From a virus (lineage: Duplodnaviria > Caudoviricetes): DNA of 25,025 nucleotides. The position numbers were made by a program, and so were the translations under genes. The stretch spans positions 1-25,025 of the IMG/VR virus record IMGVR_UViG_3300010362_000102; one strand, given 5' to 3'. Shown piece by piece: positions 23,056 to 25,025 of this stretch. Every line of letters begins with the position of its first letter. Positions within the stretch are counted from its first letter, which is position 1. A model generated the notes under the pieces. The model had not been told where the DNA came from and made no database searches. It saw nothing but the letters and a program-made list of their open reading frames with translations.

Positions 23056-23733
23056 GTGCGGCAGCATGTCCGCGTAGCTGGCGAACCCGGAGTTCGCGTT
23101 GCCGGCCGCACCGGCCGGTCCCTGGGCCCCGGTGGCGCCGATCGGGCCCTGGACCCCCTGCGGTCCGATCGGTCCCGGCGGACCGCTGCCCACCCGGGTC
23201 ACCGTGAGCGCCCCCAGGGACACCCCGGTGGCCGCCCCCGAGCGCGCCAGCACGTTGACGTTCTCCCCGCCCGTGGCGCGGTACGGGAAGGTCAGGTCCA
23301 CGTAGAACGGCGCACCCACCCCGGCCATCCGAGATGCCCTGGCGATCGTGGTGGTGCTGGTCTGGAACCACACCTCACGGGCACTGGCCGCGGCATCGTC
23401 GAACCTGAGCCAGCAGCTGAGCAGGTAGTCCCCGGGTGCGGTCAGGGTGGCGTTGGTGGTCGAGGTGAAGCAGCTCAGGTCGTCGTAGCTGACCGAGCCG
23501 AACGCGATCACCGTGTCCGTGCTCACAGCCAGCGGGTTGCTGGTGGCCACCTGGGTCAGTCCCTGGAGCTGGTTGATCTGCCCCATCGGGCCGGTCTCGC
23601 CGATCGGCCCCTGCTCGCCCTGGATGCCCTCCGGGCCGGCCACGCCCCGGGGGCCCTGCGGTCCGATGCCCTGGATCACCCCGGTCCGGACCTGGATGGC
23701 CCCACCGTTCACCAGGCGGACTACGTTCGCCAT
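23053..23733 (-). CDS. Collagen-like protein with central C1q-like domain (226 aa)
   Basis: Two G-X-Y tracts (GPQGPRGVAGPEGIQGEQGPIG and GPPGPIGPQGVQGPIGATGAQG) flank LTAPGDYLL. RBS GAGGAG. Confidence 0.82.
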   Translation of the reverse strand: MANVVRLVNGGAIQVRTGVIQGIGPQGPRGVAGPEGIQGEQGPIGETGPMGQINQLQGLTQVATSNPLAVSTDTVIAFGSVSYDDLSCFTSTTNATLTAPGDYLLSCWLRFDDAAASAREVWFQTSTTTIARASRMAGVGAPFYVDLTFPYRATGGENVNVLARSGAATGVSLGALTVTRVGSGPPGPIGPQGVQGPIGATGAQGPAGAAGNANSGFASYADMLPH

Positions 23734-23741
23734 CTCTCCTC

Positions 23742-24128
23742 CTAGAGCTGGGTCACCCTCTTGTTCACCGTCACCTCACCGTAAATCAGCCGCTGCACCT
23801 GGTTGCCGGCGTACTCGTTACCGTCGTTCACGGTCACGAACAGGTCGTACTGGTAGACCCCGGGCAGCAGTGCCCCAGTCACCGCGTCCTCGATGTGGAT
23901 CTGGATCAGCCCGATCTCACTGGACAGCCCGAGCTCCGGGATCATCCCCTCGGGCAGCTCCACGTCCGGAGTGGTCAGCGACAGCTGGGTGGCCCCCAGG
24001 TTGTTCTTGATGTCCAGCCGGCACGGCGGGATCACGTTGTACGGCTCCTCGAAGTCGTCGGTGTAGACGATGCTCGCGGTCCAGTCCTCGCCCTGGTCGA
24101 TGTCCAACGGGACGTGCGCTGCTCCCAT
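23742..24128 (-). CDS. Small virion protein, probable fibre attachment/adaptor (128 aa)
   Basis: LDIDQGEDW...GVYQYDLFV...RLIYGEVTV...VT, a pattern seen in small proteins that precede fibre genes. Confidence 0.7.
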   Translation of the reverse strand: MGAAHVPLDIDQGEDWTASIVYTDDFEEPYNVIPPCRLDIKNNLGATQLSLTTPDVELPEGMIPELGLSSEIGLIQIHIEDAVTGALLPGVYQYDLFVTVNDGNEYAGNQVQRLIYGEVTVNKRVTQL

Positions 24129-24134
24129 GGCTCC

Positions 24135-24153
24135 ATCATCCGATCTCTGGCTA
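24135..24153 (-). promoter_or_regulatory. Promoter-like motif TAGC-N9-GATGAT, 6 nt before the ATG
   Basis: TAGC cagagatcg GATGAT ggagcc ATG(24128). Confidence 0.55.
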
Positions 24154-24627
24154 GTCGGTGTCGGTGGCCGCCTGCAGCGCGGCGATGTAGTCCTCCTCCT
24201 GCTCGCCGACCACCAGCACCAGGTTCTTGTTCACCACCGGGTCCACCTGCTCCAGGCCGGTGATCCGGACCCGGGTCTGGATGATCTTGATGCACGAGTC
24301 GATGGCCTTCGGGTCGCCCATCATCGCGGCCGGCCAGGACGCCGACTGCAGCGCGTTCAGCCGGAGCAGCTCCATGCCCAGCAGATCGTCGCGCTCCTGA
24401 CCGGTCAGCGACCGGGCGTCCAGCTGGAACTTCTCGATCAGCATCCGGTGCACGTTGCTGCCCCTGGCCATGCCCAGGGTCTCGGAGATCTCAGACCAGG
24501 ACTTGCCTTCGATCATCAGCGCATACGCCCGGGTCACCTTCTCCTGGTGCTCGGGCGTACTCGTACGCTTTCGGGCCACTCGCGTTGCTCGCGACTTGCG
24601 GTGGTCGATATCGGTCACCTTCGCCAC
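24151..24627 (-). CDS. HTH protein, probable terminase small subunit (158 aa)
   Basis: GTG 24627 with RBS GGAGGTG. HTH RAYALMIEGKSWSEISETLGM followed by ELLRLNALQSASWPAAMMGDPKAID..IKII..R..ITGL, a pattern typical of actinophage small-terminase-like proteins. Confidence 0.65.
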   Translation of the reverse strand: MAKVTDIDHRKSRATRVARKRTSTPEHQEKVTRAYALMIEGKSWSEISETLGMARGSNVHRMLIEKFQLDARSLTGQERDDLLGMELLRLNALQSASWPAAMMGDPKAIDSCIKIIQTRVRITGLEQVDPVVNKNLVLVVGEQEEDYIAALQAATDTD

Positions 24628-25024
24628 GTAGGAACACCTCCACCACTTCGTCCACCGTGGTCTCGCCATTGTCCACCATCTTGAAGATGTGCCTGCGCAC
24701 CCGTCCCGAGGTGCCGGCCCAGATCCCGTACTCCTCGCGCACCGTCAGCGCCCAGGTCAGGCACTCCACGTACACCGGGCACACCTCGCAGAGCTTGGCC
24801 GCGGCCCGCATCTGCCGGATCGGCATCATCGGCTGGTCGTCCCTGCCGAAGTAGTACTCGACCCCCACCCCCTTGCAGTGCGCCCGGGACTGCCAGTCGG
24901 GGTAGAGGTCGTCGATGGAGTAGGAGACCCAGCGCTCGTTCTCGGCATCCGGGACGTACTGCTCGGTCCGGACCAGCCAGTCGTCGAGGCTACAGGTGGA
25001 GGGAGCTGGCCCGATCCAGGATCC
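24491..25024 (-). CDS. whiB: WhiB-family Fe-S transcription regulator; 5' end outside the window
   Basis: The frame is open to the window edge: ...YPDWQSRAHCKG...AAKLCEVCPVYVECLTWAL...EYGIWAGTSGRVRR, giving four Cys plus the G[IV]W[GA]G turn. Confidence 0.9.
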   Translation of the reverse strand, partial: GSWIGPAPSTCSLDDWLVRTEQYVPDAENERWVSYSIDDLYPDWQSRAHCKGVGVEYYFGRDDQPMMPIRQMRAAAKLCEVCPVYVECLTWALTVREEYGIWAGTSGRVRRHIFKMVDNGETTVDEVVEVFLRGEGDRYRPPQVASNASGPKAYEYARAPGEGDPGVCADDRRQVLV

Positions 25025-25025
25025 G

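Noticed and set aside
16337-23745. 1540-aa and 865-aa plus-strand ORFs
   Set aside because: They are antisense shadows of the tail-fibre genes, with no recognisable motifs.

Overview
GC-rich segment of a tailed phage or prophage of an actinobacterium (it carries a WhiB-family regulator). Nearly all genes are on the minus strand. In transcription order: WhiB-like regulator (cut by the window edge), probable small terminase, a block of tail-fibre/virion proteins interrupted by two free-standing HNH endonucleases, two acidic micro-proteins, two peptidoglycan hydrolases (CHAP/NlpC-like and M15), holin, large terminase, portal, two probable head-cargo proteins, a MuF protein with a long C-terminal extension, and an XkdF-type prohead protease (cut by the window edge). 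The main finding is that the large terminase carries two related Cys...His-Asn/Cys inteins with no recognisable in-frame endonuclease. Each instead hides a complete HNH endonuclease gene on the opposite strand, codon-aligned and wholly inside the intein, preceded by TANNNT-N7-GTG (a leaderless-type promoter) and ended by a TGA formed from a TCA Ser codon of the intein. Other signals are a repeated TAGC-N9-GAnGAT promoter-like motif, clustered [VI]xK candidate cleavage sites in the head-module proteins, a degenerate JAB-like domain, and possible insertion scars around the free HNH genes. All family calls come from motif recognition by eye, without database searches.
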